DNA of 64,000 bases from Candidatus Kapaibacterium sp. GTDB lineage: Bacteria > Patescibacteriota > Patescibacteriia > UBA9934. Shown piece by piece: positions 27,201 to 36,876 of this stretch. The notes under the pieces were generated by a model. That model ran no database searches, was not told where the DNA came from, and was given only the letters and a program-made list of their open reading frames with translations. The stretch lies in NCBI GenBank assembly GCA_044350705.1, contig JBILHA010000001.1:426676-490675 (forward strand), given 5' to 3'. The translations under genes were made by a program, and so were the position numbers. Position 1 is the first letter of the stretch, and each line of letters opens with the position of its first letter.

Positions 27201-28268
27201 TCACGCAATACGATGATCCAGTTCTTTCAGTAACTCAGCTTCCTTCTTTCCGAGCTTTGTCGGGGTTTGCACTTTGATCATCACGATATGATCACCGCGA
27301 CCACCGCGTGCCGCAGGAACGCCTTTTCCTTTCAGGCGCAACTGATCGCCGCTTTGCGTGCCTTGCGGAATGGTGAGCTCCACTTTTCCATCAACGACAT
27401 CTACCGTTACTTTATCTCCCAGTGCCGCTTGCGTGAAGCCGATGATTTTTTCTGAATAAATCGCCGTACCCTCTCGACGGAAACGCGGATCAGGGGTGAC
27501 GCGCAATTGCACGTATAGATCTCCTGCATCTCCCCCTTGCACCGCCTCTCCCTCTCCGCGTACCCGGAGCTGTACGCCATCATCTACACCGGGAGGAATA
27601 TCAACGGTAATTGTTTTTCTTGCGTGCGCGGTTCCCGCCCCCTGACACGCAGTGCAGGTTTTTTCCGGCTTTTCTCCTCGGCCATCACAATCTGTACACG
27701 CCGTGCGCATTTGCATGGCGCCGAGAATCGTTTGATGCACCTGTACCGTTGTTCCTTTTCCTTTACAGGTCGCGCATGTTTTCATGGCGCTTCCAGGCTC
27801 CGCACCTACGCCGCCACAGCGTTCGCAATGCGCGGTTTTTGCAAGAGGAATTTCTTTGGTTATTCCAAACACGGCTTCTTTAAATGAAAGCGTGAGAGAT
27901 ACCACAAGGTCTTCACCGTGACGCGCGCGACGACCTCGACCTCCCCCTCCTCCAAACATGCTGCCAAAAATATCTCCAAATTCTTCAAACATGGAAGGAT
28001 CAAATCCTCCCGGGAATCCCTGCGCTCCTCCGAAGCCGCCAAATCCCCCGAAGCCCTGCGGACCTTCCGCACTTCCGAATTGATCGTAGCGCTTCCGCTT
28101 TTCAGCATCACCAAGCACCTGATATGCCTCGTTTACCTCTTTAAACTTGTCGGCATTTCCCCCTTTGTCGGGATGATGTTCGTGTGCAAGTTTACGAAAA
28201 GCGCGCTTCACATCATCTTGCGAAGCAGATTTATCGACACCTAATATTTTGTAATAGTCTTTGGACAT
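27201..28268 (-). CDS. dnaJ: Chaperone DnaJ
   Basis: J-domain YYKILGV...HPD, G/F-rich linker, four CxxCxGxG zinc-finger repeats. Confidence 0.95.
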   Translation of the reverse strand: MSKDYYKILGVDKSASQDDVKRAFRKLAHEHHPDKGGNADKFKEVNEAYQVLGDAEKRKRYDQFGSAEGPQGFGGFGGFGGAQGFPGGFDPSMFEEFGDIFGSMFGGGGGRGRRARHGEDLVVSLTLSFKEAVFGITKEIPLAKTAHCERCGGVGAEPGSAMKTCATCKGKGTTVQVHQTILGAMQMRTACTDCDGRGEKPEKTCTACQGAGTAHARKTITVDIPPGVDDGVQLRVRGEGEAVQGGDAGDLYVQLRVTPDPRFRREGTAIYSEKIIGFTQAALGDKVTVDVVDGKVELTIPQGTQSGDQLRLKGKGVPAARGGRGDHIVMIKVQTPTKLGKKEAELLKELDHRIA

Positions 28269-28287
28269 AGGGTGTGGGAACGCAGGG

Positions 28288-28347
28288 GTTGGGGAGTGAG
28301 GGGAGTGAGGGGAGTGAGGGGAGTGAGGGGAGTGAGGGGAGTGGGGG
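28288..28347. repeat. Microsatellite (GGGGAGTGA)x5 plus one variant unit, immediately upstream of dnaJ
   Basis: Read directly: ggggagtga ggggagtga ggggagtga ggggagtga ggggagtga ggggagtgg. Confidence 0.9.
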
Positions 28348-28367
28348 AAGCCTGCATGTCATGCTCA

Positions 28368-29024
28368 TTACACTCCCATTCTTTCAACATCAGTTGCGGT
28401 AATCTCGGTAAAGTCATCGATGAGCCCTTCTACACCAGGAAGTTCGCGCAGAAAGAGCCGGTCTCGTACGCCCACTACCTGCATGCCGGCAGCTAAGGCG
28501 CTCTCCACTCCTGCGGGAGCATCTTCGAAGGCGAGGCACTTTGCAGGATCTACTCCCATACGGTCCGCGATCGCAAGAAAAACATCAGGAGCAGGCTTTG
28601 GATTTTTCACCTCTTCTCCCGATACACATCCTTCGAAGTATTGCAGGAGGCCCGTCATCTTGAGCGCCTTCTCGCGATACTCTTTTCCGCTCGCGGTCGC
28701 GACTCCGAGACGATAGCCGCGATCGACGAGCGCTGAAAGAAATGATTGCACTCCCACTTTTGTCACGAGCGCTCCTCTCTCGAACAATCTCCGCTTCGCC
28801 TCGGCGCGGATCATATTGAGCTCTTCGAGCGTCATGCGCACGCCCACCTGCTCTTCTAAGATCTGCAAATTTACCTCTTTTGACCTTCCCATCATGAGCG
28901 CATGGTGCTCTCCTGTATATTCTTTTCCGTACTTTGCGCAGGCTTCAAGGTATGTCGTAAACCAGACCCGTTCGGAATCAAGCAGCGTTCCGTCTAAATC
29001 AAAGATCATCGCCTGGTACGACAT
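28368..29024 (-). CDS. HAD-IA family hydrolase (beta-phosphoglucomutase-like)
   Basis: MIFDLDGTLLDSE motif I and later HAD motifs. 218 aa. Confidence 0.85.
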   Translation of the reverse strand: MSYQAMIFDLDGTLLDSERVWFTTYLEACAKYGKEYTGEHHALMMGRSKEVNLQILEEQVGVRMTLEELNMIRAEAKRRLFERGALVTKVGVQSFLSALVDRGYRLGVATASGKEYREKALKMTGLLQYFEGCVSGEEVKNPKPAPDVFLAIADRMGVDPAKCLAFEDAPAGVESALAAGMQVVGVRDRLFLRELPGVEGLIDDFTEITATDVERMGV

Positions 29025-29028
29025 ACGC

Positions 29029-29235
29029 TTATTGTTTCTTTACCTGCACATCGATGACGTCACCTTTTTTGTAGGTCTCTCCCGTGATTACATTCCCAGG
29101 AGCGCCCTTCACTGATGCGCTCTTCTTTGGACGCGTAAACAATCGCCACAAGAAACGAAGCATGGGCACGACCACGACAGCAACAAACGTCCAGTTCTTT
29201 TTTGCGAGTTTTGCAATGTTTCCAAAGAAGGCCAT
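29029..29235 (-). CDS. Small hypothetical membrane protein (68 aa)
   Basis: One hydrophobic helix. Abuts the HAD gene (4-nt gap). Confidence 0.35.
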   Translation of the reverse strand: MAFFGNIAKLAKKNWTFVAVVVVPMLRFLWRLFTRPKKSASVKGAPGNVITGETYKKGDVIDVQVKKQ

Positions 29236-29319
29236 ACGCGCTTGTCAACAAGTTAATTTCAGAGCAAGGTCACCCACTCACTATAATAGATTGTCATTTT
29301 CACGGAAATCACCCTGCCT

Positions 29320-29721
29320 TTATTTCTCTTCCGCCATCCACTGCACCAAGCGTACCGGCTCCCCTCCCTCCATACGCGACCAAAACGTATAGGTTCCTGC
29401 TGCGGATACGGGAATTGCAAAGCGGAGCACGACTTGCGTTGCAGGGCCTTTTACTTTCCCCTTCATGAGGCGTCCTTTTTCGAGGACCACGTTATTTGCG
29501 TCCGTGATGTAGATTTCTAACTCTCCTTCTGCGGGAACATCAGAGAACTTTGCGGCGAGGAATCCTCGTACACCCATAGGTGTGCCTTTCTGGAAGGTGG
29601 TTTTATCAAACACGTGCATGAAGCTATGAAGACCGTTGGTAGACATGGTTGCAAATTCACACAGAAGCGCGTAATCGAGGTGCATAGAGGATGTGAGGGG
29701 GGGATTAGGGGTGTGAAGCAA
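29320..29721 (-). CDS. Hypothetical protein downstream of dnaK
   Basis: 133 aa ORF with no recognisable motif. The start may be the internal Met at about 29685. Confidence 0.45.
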   Translation of the reverse strand: MLHTPNPPLTSSMHLDYALLCEFATMSTNGLHSFMHVFDKTTFQKGTPMGVRGFLAAKFSDVPAEGELEIYITDANNVVLEKGRLMKGKVKGPATQVVLRFAIPVSAAGTYTFWSRMEGGEPVRLVQWMAEEK

Positions 29722-29754
29722 GAAGTTGAACGTGAATTGGAAGGAGACCGCGTA

Positions 29755-31671
29755 TTACGCTCCAGATGCATCCTTGAAGTCAGCATCCTTTGGACCTTGC
29801 CCTGCATCTTCTGCCTTTGCGTCAGCTGCACCTGCGTCTGCAGAAGCGCCAGCCGCTGCGTCTGCTTGAGGATTCTGTTGATACATCTTTGATCCAATGG
29901 CCTGCGCTGCTTTGTTCAGCTCTTCCGCGGCGTTCTTGATTGCGTCGAGGTCTTCCTTGTCTTTCACTTCCTTGAGTGCCGTCATCTTCGCTTCAAGATC
30001 TTTCTTTTCGTCATCGCTTACTTTGTCTTTGTAATCAACGAGCATCTTTTCAACGGTGTAGATGGTTGCATCTGCAATGTTGCGTGCTTCAATAAGTTCC
30101 TGCTTCTTCTTGTCTTCGGTTGCGTGGTCTTCTGCGTCTTTCTTCATCTTTTCAATTTCTTCCTTTGAAAGACCTGAAGATGACGTAATCGTGATGTCTT
30201 GCGACTTACCGGATGCTTTATCGGTTGCTTTTACTTTGAGAATACCGTTTGCGTCGATGTCGAACGTTACTTCGATCTGAGGAACGCCGCGAGGTGCAGG
30301 AGGGATGCCTTGAAGATCGAATTGTCCAAGGAGCTTGTTGTCACTGAACATCGGACGCTCACCCTGTGCCACGCGAATGGTTACTGCGGGCTGATTATCA
30401 GAAGCCGTGGAGAAAATTTGCGACTTTGATGTCGGGATCGTGGTATTGCGCTCAATGAGCTTTGTAAACACGCTTCCCATCGTTTCGATACCCAGCGAAA
30501 GCGGTGCAACGTCCAAGAGCAGCACGTCCTTTACGTCTCCCTGAAGCACACCTGCCTGTACTGCCGCACCAATTGCTACTACTTCATCAGGGTTTACCGA
30601 TACGTTTGGTTTCTTACCGAAAAAGTCTTCCACCTTCTTCAATACAAGTGGCATGCGGGTCATACCACCCACCATAACAATCTCACCAATATCTCCCGCG
30701 CTCATTTTTGCATCGGCGAGTGCCTTCTTTACTGGTTCGAGGGTCTTTTCAACAAGAGGCGAAACGAGCTCTTCGAGCTTTGCACGAGAAATCGTGAGCG
30801 TGAGGTGCTTTGGACCTTCTGCTCCAGACGTAATGAATGGTTGATTTACTTCTGTTTGCTGAGCGGTAGAGAGCTCAATCTTTGCGCGCTCTGCGGCATC
30901 TTTAATACGCTGCATGGCAAGCGGATCTCCGGAAAGATCAACGCCTTCCTGTTTCTTAAACTCATCCAAGATGTAGCGCATGATCGTAAGATCAAAGTCA
31001 TCACCACCGAGGTGGGTATCACCGTTAGTTGCGAGTACTTCTACGGTTCCTTCGCTTACATCGAGTACCGAAACGTCGAACGTTCCTCCGCCCAAATCGT
31101 AGACGACGATCTTTTGTCCGACTTTCTTATCAAAGCCATATGCAAGCGCTGCGGCGGTTGGCTCGTTGATAATACGGAGCACTTTAAGCCCCGCGATTTC
31201 ACCTGCGTCTTTCGTAGCCTGACGCTGTGCATCGTCAAAGTATGCAGGAACCGTAATGACGGCTTCGGTTACTTTTTCACCAAGCTTTTCTTCTGCGTCT
31301 GCCTTGAGCTTCTGCAGTACCATCGCAGAGATTTCTTGTGGCGTATATTCTTGGTCGCCAAGCTTCACCGCAACACCCTCACCGCGCTTCAAAATTTCAA
31401 ACGGCATGAGCTTGATATCGCGCTGTACTTCCTCATCGGTAAAGCGACGCCCAATCAAACGCTTGATGGAATACAAGGTATTCTTTGGATTTGTTACTGC
31501 TTGGCGCTTTGCAGGTACACCCACGACGCGCTCACCTGCCTTGGTGACACCCACCATGGAAGGCGTGGTGCGCATGCCTTCCTTATTTTCCAATACTTTT
31601 GGCTGACCACCTTCCATCACGGCCATGCAAGAGTTTGTTGTACCAAGGTCGATTCCGAGAATTTTAGACAT
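29755..31671 (-). CDS. dnaK: Chaperone DnaK (Hsp70)
   Basis: [16 protein letters not shown], and overall Hsp70 length of 638 aa. Confidence 0.97.
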   Translation of the reverse strand: MSKILGIDLGTTNSCMAVMEGGQPKVLENKEGMRTTPSMVGVTKAGERVVGVPAKRQAVTNPKNTLYSIKRLIGRRFTDEEVQRDIKLMPFEILKRGEGVAVKLGDQEYTPQEISAMVLQKLKADAEEKLGEKVTEAVITVPAYFDDAQRQATKDAGEIAGLKVLRIINEPTAAALAYGFDKKVGQKIVVYDLGGGTFDVSVLDVSEGTVEVLATNGDTHLGGDDFDLTIMRYILDEFKKQEGVDLSGDPLAMQRIKDAAERAKIELSTAQQTEVNQPFITSGAEGPKHLTLTISRAKLEELVSPLVEKTLEPVKKALADAKMSAGDIGEIVMVGGMTRMPLVLKKVEDFFGKKPNVSVNPDEVVAIGAAVQAGVLQGDVKDVLLLDVAPLSLGIETMGSVFTKLIERNTTIPTSKSQIFSTASDNQPAVTIRVAQGERPMFSDNKLLGQFDLQGIPPAPRGVPQIEVTFDIDANGILKVKATDKASGKSQDITITSSSGLSKEEIEKMKKDAEDHATEDKKKQELIEARNIADATIYTVEKMLVDYKDKVSDDEKKDLEAKMTALKEVKDKEDLDAIKNAAEELNKAAQAIGSKMYQQNPQADAAAGASADAGAADAKAEDAGQGPKDADFKDASGA

Positions 31672-31677
31672 ATGATG

Positions 31678-32010
31678 TTATGAACTTGATTGAGTGAAAG
31701 ATTCTTCTTTTTTAGGTGCCCACAAGAGCATAATTTTTATGACACACGCAAGGTCGAGCGAGAGTGCGATGGCGATCACTGCCCAACGCGCATCTTCGAA
31801 TGCGGTCATGCTCATCATTTCTTTTTCAAACGTTCCTATGAGCGTTTCCACCGTGAGGACCGGTGGGAAGCATTTTGCCGCGGGTGGGCACGTGTAGTCT
31901 TCCGGATAACTTGGTGTTGCCGTGAACGCAAGTACCGCAACAACTGCACATACCGTGCTTGCAAGCGCAAGCATGACCGTCTTCCTCTGCCTCTCTTCTT
32001 CTTGCGCCAT
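31678..32010 (-). CDS. Small hypothetical membrane protein between grpE and dnaK
   Basis: 110 aa with two hydrophobic helices. Confidence 0.4.
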   Translation of the reverse strand: MAQEEERQRKTVMLALASTVCAVVAVLAFTATPSYPEDYTCPPAAKCFPPVLTVETLIGTFEKEMMSMTAFEDARWAVIAIALSLDLACVIKIMLLWAPKKEESFTQSSS

Positions 32011-32012
32011 AG

Positions 32013-32528
32013 TTATTCACTTACGACGACTTTGCTTGGTCGAAGGACTACATCGCCGAGCCTCCACCCCTTGATGAGTTCTTCGAGCACCGTTCCCTCG
32101 GCGACCCCCTCCTCATGGCGAGCAGAAGCGGCTTCGTGGAGTTTTGCATCGAACGGCTTTCCTACGGCTTCGATCGGTTCGACGCCCATGTTTTTGAGCG
32201 CCTCCGTGAATTGCCGATCGATATGCGTAATGCCACTTGCCCATGCGGTGAATTTTTTCTGGAATTCCTCTCCGCATGTCGTGACGTCGGGAATATGCTT
32301 TGTCACGTATCCGAAGTTGTCGACGACCGCGAGAAGATGTTCCGCAAGATTTGCACGTACACGCCGACGATCTTCATCACGTTGTTCCGCGAGGCGCTTC
32401 TGCATGTTTTCGTAATCAGCGCGTGCGCGTTGCCAGCCAAGAAGATATTCGTCGCGTTCTTTTTTTATTTGTTCGAGGGCGTCTTCCATGGAAAGGCCGG
32501 GAGTGGGGTTTTGCTGTTCGTCGGACAT
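32013..32528 (-). CDS. grpE: Nucleotide exchange factor GrpE
   Basis: 171 aa. Coiled-coil N-terminus plus GrpE C-terminal beta domain (GTVLEELIKGWRLGDVVLRPSKV). Confidence 0.9.
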   Translation of the reverse strand: MSDEQQNPTPGLSMEDALEQIKKERDEYLLGWQRARADYENMQKRLAEQRDEDRRRVRANLAEHLLAVVDNFGYVTKHIPDVTTCGEEFQKKFTAWASGITHIDRQFTEALKNMGVEPIEAVGKPFDAKLHEAASARHEEGVAEGTVLEELIKGWRLGDVVLRPSKVVVSE

Positions 32529-32534
32529 AGCATG

Positions 32535-33254
32535 TTATGTCAATAATTTTTTATCTCCCTCAATAATCTTTTTTGCCTGGGAAAGGATCGCCATATTTTT
32601 TGGGTAGTCCATGCGCATCGGCCCGATAATGGACATCACACCTTGCGTTCCGTCGGGCAATCGATGACGCACTACCACCGAGGCAAGATCAGGGCCGAGC
32701 GGATTTTCCATACCGAGCACCACCTTTACATCGTCGCCCGCTACTCTGAGCATTTTTTGGAGCGCTCCGTCGAAGCGTTCAAAGGCTTTTGCCAGCCCTT
32801 CAATCGCTTCATCGGTGCGAAAGTCCGGCTTACGCAGCAAGTTTCCTACGCCTACGGTTGCGCTCCAGGGGCGTGACGTTGCCACCATCACTGCTTCACC
32901 TGATGCTTGGGCAACATCTTTTGCGAGCGCATGAAGACGCTCTTCCATCGTCGGCGCGCGCGTAATGCGCTGGATGGTAATGGTGACGTTCATGACCGTC
33001 CGCTTTTGTGCTTCTTTGGAAAGGTTTGCGATGTAATAGCGATATGCTTTCTCTGTAGGAATACGTCCGGCCGAGGTATGCGGCTGCACGATAAATGCCT
33101 GCGCCTCAAGCTCTGCCATGTAATTCCGCACCGTCGCCGAAGAAACCGTGAGACCGAAGGTGTCGCACAGTTCTTTCGAGCTCACCGGTTGGGCCGTTTG
33201 TACGTACCGCTCCACGATGAGCTTGAGCAATTGCGCTAAGCGAGGTTCGAGCAT
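32535..33254 (-). CDS. hrcA: Heat-inducible transcription repressor HrcA (short form)
   Basis: N-terminal winged-helix domain (LLKLIVERYVQTAQPVSSKEL...TVSSATVRNYMAELE). A CIRCE operator lies immediately upstream. Confidence 0.85.
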   Translation of the reverse strand: MLEPRLAQLLKLIVERYVQTAQPVSSKELCDTFGLTVSSATVRNYMAELEAQAFIVQPHTSAGRIPTEKAYRYYIANLSKEAQKRTVMNVTITIQRITRAPTMEERLHALAKDVAQASGEAVMVATSRPWSATVGVGNLLRKPDFRTDEAIEGLAKAFERFDGALQKMLRVAGDDVKVVLGMENPLGPDLASVVVRHRLPDGTQGVMSIIGPMRMDYPKNMAILSQAKKIIEGDKKLLT

Positions 33255-33337
33255 AGTGAAGAAATACCCGTGTCATTCCGACGATAGGAGGAATCTCCCA
33301 CTGGGAATGACGGTGCTATCCCTGGCATAAAAAGAAA

Positions 33338-33364
33338 TTAGCACTCATTATTATAGAGTGCTAA
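33338..33364. promoter_or_regulatory. CIRCE operator (TTAGCACTC-N9-GAGTGCTAA)
   Basis: Perfect consensus ttagcactc attattata gagtgctaa about 85 bp upstream of the hrcA start. Confidence 0.9.
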
Positions 33365-33394
33365 TCACACCTGTCAAGACGGTTTTACGCACGT

Positions 33395-34024
33395 CTAGAC
33401 AGCTCTCTTACTCGCCTTTTTTAGATCATATTGGCGCTCTGCGCGCTCCTGCGCACGCCGTGCCTCCGCTTCAGATCCGGTTCTGCGATACGCTTCACTA
33501 AAGGCGCGTACACCTTCCATACGCCGTTCGCCCTCGCTCCAACGTGCCTCTTGCTCACTCTTTCCACGTTCATCAAGCTCCTCTTGAGCGCGCTGTTTTG
33601 CTTCCGTGAGTTTTTTCATCCGATCAACGCTCGATACTCTCCCTTCCTGACGAGGCATGCGAGATGCTCCCTGTATGACCCGCACTTCTCCCGCATGATT
33701 CTTCTGCATACGCTCCATCTGAATCATCTGTTCATTCGACCATCCCGCATTTCGCAACACCGCCTCACCTTCTTCAGTGATATTTCCCTGTTCGTCAAAA
33801 ATATCGCCTCGCTCGGCAAGCTCTTGTCGGCGTGCTTCCCACGGATCTTGCACCTCTTCTTCTCGTCCCGCCTCTCTCCGCTCCTCCGCTCGCGCTTGCG
33901 CTTCACGTGCTTCACGTTCAGCACGTACCCGAGGGTTCTCTCGTGCAACGCCCATTTGCGGCTGCGTTTCTTGTGATCGACCGCGATGAACCGGTCCCCA
34001 TTTCGGCATTCCATCCATGACCAT
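33395..34024 (-). CDS. Hypothetical highly charged (E/R-rich) low-complexity protein
   Basis: 209 aa ORF with ER/EA repeats. No motif. Confidence 0.4.
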   Translation of the reverse strand: MVMDGMPKWGPVHRGRSQETQPQMGVARENPRVRAEREAREAQARAEERREAGREEEVQDPWEARRQELAERGDIFDEQGNITEEGEAVLRNAGWSNEQMIQMERMQKNHAGEVRVIQGASRMPRQEGRVSSVDRMKKLTEAKQRAQEELDERGKSEQEARWSEGERRMEGVRAFSEAYRRTGSEAEARRAQERAERQYDLKKASKRAV

Positions 34025-34034
34025 ATTATGCTTC

Positions 34035-35729
34035 TCAAGTTTGATATTTTTTTGCCATCTCCTGCCAACCGCGCTTGGTGAGTTTCGCCTTCTTCAAGAG
34101 TCCTGCGAAATGCGCACCGCCAAGAATCGAAGGGATGATGACGAAACTTGCTCCTAAAGCATAACATCGTGCGGCGTCATCGGAATGCTTTGCGGTGACC
34201 ACGACGAGCGCTTTAGATTTTCGTGCCCGCACATAATCGAGAATATCCGCATTCACCGCCATGTCCGGAATGGTGGAGATGATCATTTTTGCTTCATCTA
34301 CCCGCGCAAGTTTGAGTACCTCTTCACTTCCTGCATCGCCATAGAGCACCGGAATATCTCGATGCTTGAGATCTTCTACGATACTTGGATTAAAGTCGAT
34401 TACTTTGTAACGCGAGGTTACTTCCTCAACCATCGGGAAAATTTCTCGCCCCATGCGATCGAAGCCGAGCAGAATGATCTGCGCCGCATGTTCGCTCATC
34501 GGCTCTTCATCGTGATGGCCGTGACGCAAAAAAGCAATATGACGCGCGAGGAATTCAAAGATGCGTTCGTTGTAGGTAATGAGGTATGAGGAAATGGCAA
34601 TCGTGAACAGTCCCACGATCGTCGCCAGAGGCAACGCTGTTTCTGCCACCAAGCCTGCCGCGATTCCTCCCGCAATGAGGATAAATGAGAATTCACTGAT
34701 CTGCGCGACCGTCGTTCCAGACAAGAATCCGGTTCTTGGGTGGTACCCCATGAGCTTCATGATCAGCATGACAATCAGCGGATTTCCCACAAGCACAAAT
34801 GCCGAGAAGATGATGCCGGGCACGATGAGTGATCCGAGCGAATCAAAGCCCAGGTGCGTGCCTAATACAATAAAGAAAATGACGAGGAAGAAATCGCGAA
34901 CAAAACGGATCTTTGATTCGATCTCGTGTTGAAATCCCGAACCTGCAAGCGCAATGCCTGCCATGAGCGCACCGATTTCAACACCGAACCCCAAGAGCTG
35001 CAATCCACCCGCTACCGCAAAACACCACGAAATGGCTATCAGGAAAAGGAGCTCTTGGTTTTTCGCCGCAAAGGTGAACAGTCGGGGAACCGCAAACTTC
35101 GCAAAGAACCACAATACAGCCACTGCGGCAATTGCCTTCGTTAGAGAAGTCGTGATCATCGCAGAGATCGTACCTCCATCCGCATATGCTGAGAGAATGA
35201 GCAGCAGCACCATGGCCATGAGGTCTTGTACGATAAGCGCGCCTACCGCAATGCGTCCGTACAAACGATCAATATCTTCCTTATCGGTGAGCATCTTCAC
35301 GATAATAATCGTTGAAGAAAACGCGAAGCCTACGGCAATAAACGCGCTCGTCCATCCATCAAATCCAAGTAATCGTCCCATGCCCCACCCTATTGCCGAA
35401 GTCATGAGCATCTGCGCAACACCAGCAGCAACCGCAACAAATCCGACATCTTTAATGTTCTTCCAATTGAGATTCAGTCCCACGATAAACAACAGAAAGG
35501 CGACTCCCACGCGCGAAAGCGTTTCAAAAACTTCTGCAGATTGTGCGAATCCGAGCGCCGCAGGCCCCACAATGATGCCGGTGAGAATGTATGCAATGAC
35601 GAGCGGCTGCCGAAATACGTAAGCAATCAGCGAGAGCGCGCCGGCCGTCATCATGACTGCCGCGATTTCAAGAAAGAGTTCTGAGAACATAGCTATGCAG
35701 AAGTATAGCAAGCACTCAGAAATCAGCAT
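34035..35729 (-). CDS. Monovalent cation:proton antiporter-2 (Kef-type) with a C-terminal RCK/TrkA-N domain
   Basis: About 12 TM helices (GIIVGPAALGF...), then a Rossmann-type domain ILLGFDRMGREI. Confidence 0.85.
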   Translation of the reverse strand: MLISECLLYFCIAMFSELFLEIAAVMMTAGALSLIAYVFRQPLVIAYILTGIIVGPAALGFAQSAEVFETLSRVGVAFLLFIVGLNLNWKNIKDVGFVAVAAGVAQMLMTSAIGWGMGRLLGFDGWTSAFIAVGFAFSSTIIIVKMLTDKEDIDRLYGRIAVGALIVQDLMAMVLLLILSAYADGGTISAMITTSLTKAIAAVAVLWFFAKFAVPRLFTFAAKNQELLFLIAISWCFAVAGGLQLLGFGVEIGALMAGIALAGSGFQHEIESKIRFVRDFFLVIFFIVLGTHLGFDSLGSLIVPGIIFSAFVLVGNPLIVMLIMKLMGYHPRTGFLSGTTVAQISEFSFILIAGGIAAGLVAETALPLATIVGLFTIAISSYLITYNERIFEFLARHIAFLRHGHHDEEPMSEHAAQIILLGFDRMGREIFPMVEEVTSRYKVIDFNPSIVEDLKHRDIPVLYGDAGSEEVLKLARVDEAKMIISTIPDMAVNADILDYVRARKSKALVVVTAKHSDDAARCYALGASFVIIPSILGGAHFAGLLKKAKLTKRGWQEMAKKYQT

Positions 35730-36228
35730 TTTTATTTGATTTCTTTTCTTTTTTTTGCTATCATCTATTCCCCATGTTTCCCGGAGATCACATGGCCTTT
35801 CTGGCGAGAATGCTCGTAGTTGAGGGCATCATCTTCAACGGCCTTGCGGGTGAGGCCGCATGCTTCCTTGGACTCGTTCTCTTGGGACTCGTTCTCTTGT
35901 TTACCGCTTCCGCTTCTTGCCATGGGAGCCTTCATGTCGCACAACCTGCAGAGCATCATCGAAGTCCTTCAGGAGTTTGGATACCAACTCCGACGGCGCC
36001 CAGATTCTGCGCTCACCCCGCCGCTCATAATCGTCGTGAGGCAGTTCGGCGGTCGCGAGGAACAAGTGAACCGAGGTAGCGCTATACTGCTCACCAGCCA
36101 AAATGAAGCCAAGTCGGAAGTCTGTTTCGTTACCGAACAAGGCATCCGACTCAGGGGCCTCGAGCGTCGCTATGCAGAAATAGCGAGAAGCGCCTCAGGA
36201 ACCCCCTGAGGATCGCTCGTGCGCCTGA

Positions 36229-36262
36229 CCCGCCTAATCTCTAGGCGGGATTCTTTTTTTAT
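36229..36262 (+). terminator. Rho-independent terminator (cccgcctaatctctaggcggga + TTCTTTTTTT)
   Basis: Read directly. It terminates an unresolved plus-strand transcript in 35760-36230. Confidence 0.5.
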
Positions 36263-36266
36263 ACCG

Positions 36267-36869
36267 TTACGCCGACATTGCCGCTGACAGCGGGTGCCAA
36301 CGGCGGATGTCGTGTGTTGGGCGAATCATGCCCTTATGATGCGCGGCGGCAAGCACTGCACGAATACATGCGTAATCTTCCGGGAAATGATGCGTGCCCG
36401 CAAACCACGTTTCTGGCGCCTGCGCATAGGCGCTCATAATTTCCTGCGGATGCATCCATGCAAATGTTTCTACTTCACCTGGCTGCGGCGTAAATGCATC
36501 TAGCGGCGCATCGTGGTGTACCACAACATCCATAACCCACAACCGTGCACGCGTGAGCTTACTTGTTCTCCATGGTAAAAATGCGTGCTCTGCCAACGCA
36601 ACACCTGCTTCTTCTTCCAATTCTTTCTGTGCGTTACTCAAAAAATACTCTCCCGCGCCCACATGACCCCCCAAATGCGTGGACCATCCTCCCGGCAAAC
36701 GCTCCTTCTGCAACGAACGCTGATGACACAGTATCTGACCTGCGCTATTTACCACGTAGACATTTGTTGACTGGCACCATGCACCCTGCGCAATCGCTTC
36801 ATGACGAGGCAAGCTGTACCCGAGTGGAGTTCCTGTTTGTTCGCACACAATTTCTAACTGTTCCGACAT
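36267..36869 (-). CDS. NUDIX hydrolase
   Basis: Nudix box GGHVGAGEYFLSNAQKELEEEAGV. 200 aa. Confidence 0.8.
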   Translation of the reverse strand: MSEQLEIVCEQTGTPLGYSLPRHEAIAQGAWCQSTNVYVVNSAGQILCHQRSLQKERLPGGWSTHLGGHVGAGEYFLSNAQKELEEEAGVALAEHAFLPWRTSKLTRARLWVMDVVVHHDAPLDAFTPQPGEVETFAWMHPQEIMSAYAQAPETWFAGTHHFPEDYACIRAVLAAAHHKGMIRPTHDIRRWHPLSAAMSA

Positions 36870-36876
36870 AGAAAAA

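Noticed and set aside
28288-28347. Tandem 9-bp repeats as a CRISPR array
   Set aside because: The units are 9 bp with no spacers, and there are no cas genes. It is a microsatellite, not CRISPR. No CRISPR-like repeat-spacer structure was seen anywhere in the window.
35900-36262. Possibility that the GC-rich terminator-ended segment encodes tmRNA, RNase P RNA, SRP RNA or 6S RNA
   Set aside because: I could not find the tmRNA tRNA-like ends (GGGG...GATTCTGGATTCGACGGG or GGTTCGA...CCACCA), an ANDENYALAA-type tag, the RNase P universally conserved GGAAAGTCCGG/ACAGAAACCGGCTTA elements, or the SRP GGAAGCAGCCA domain-IV motif. Left as an unresolved finding, not a feature.
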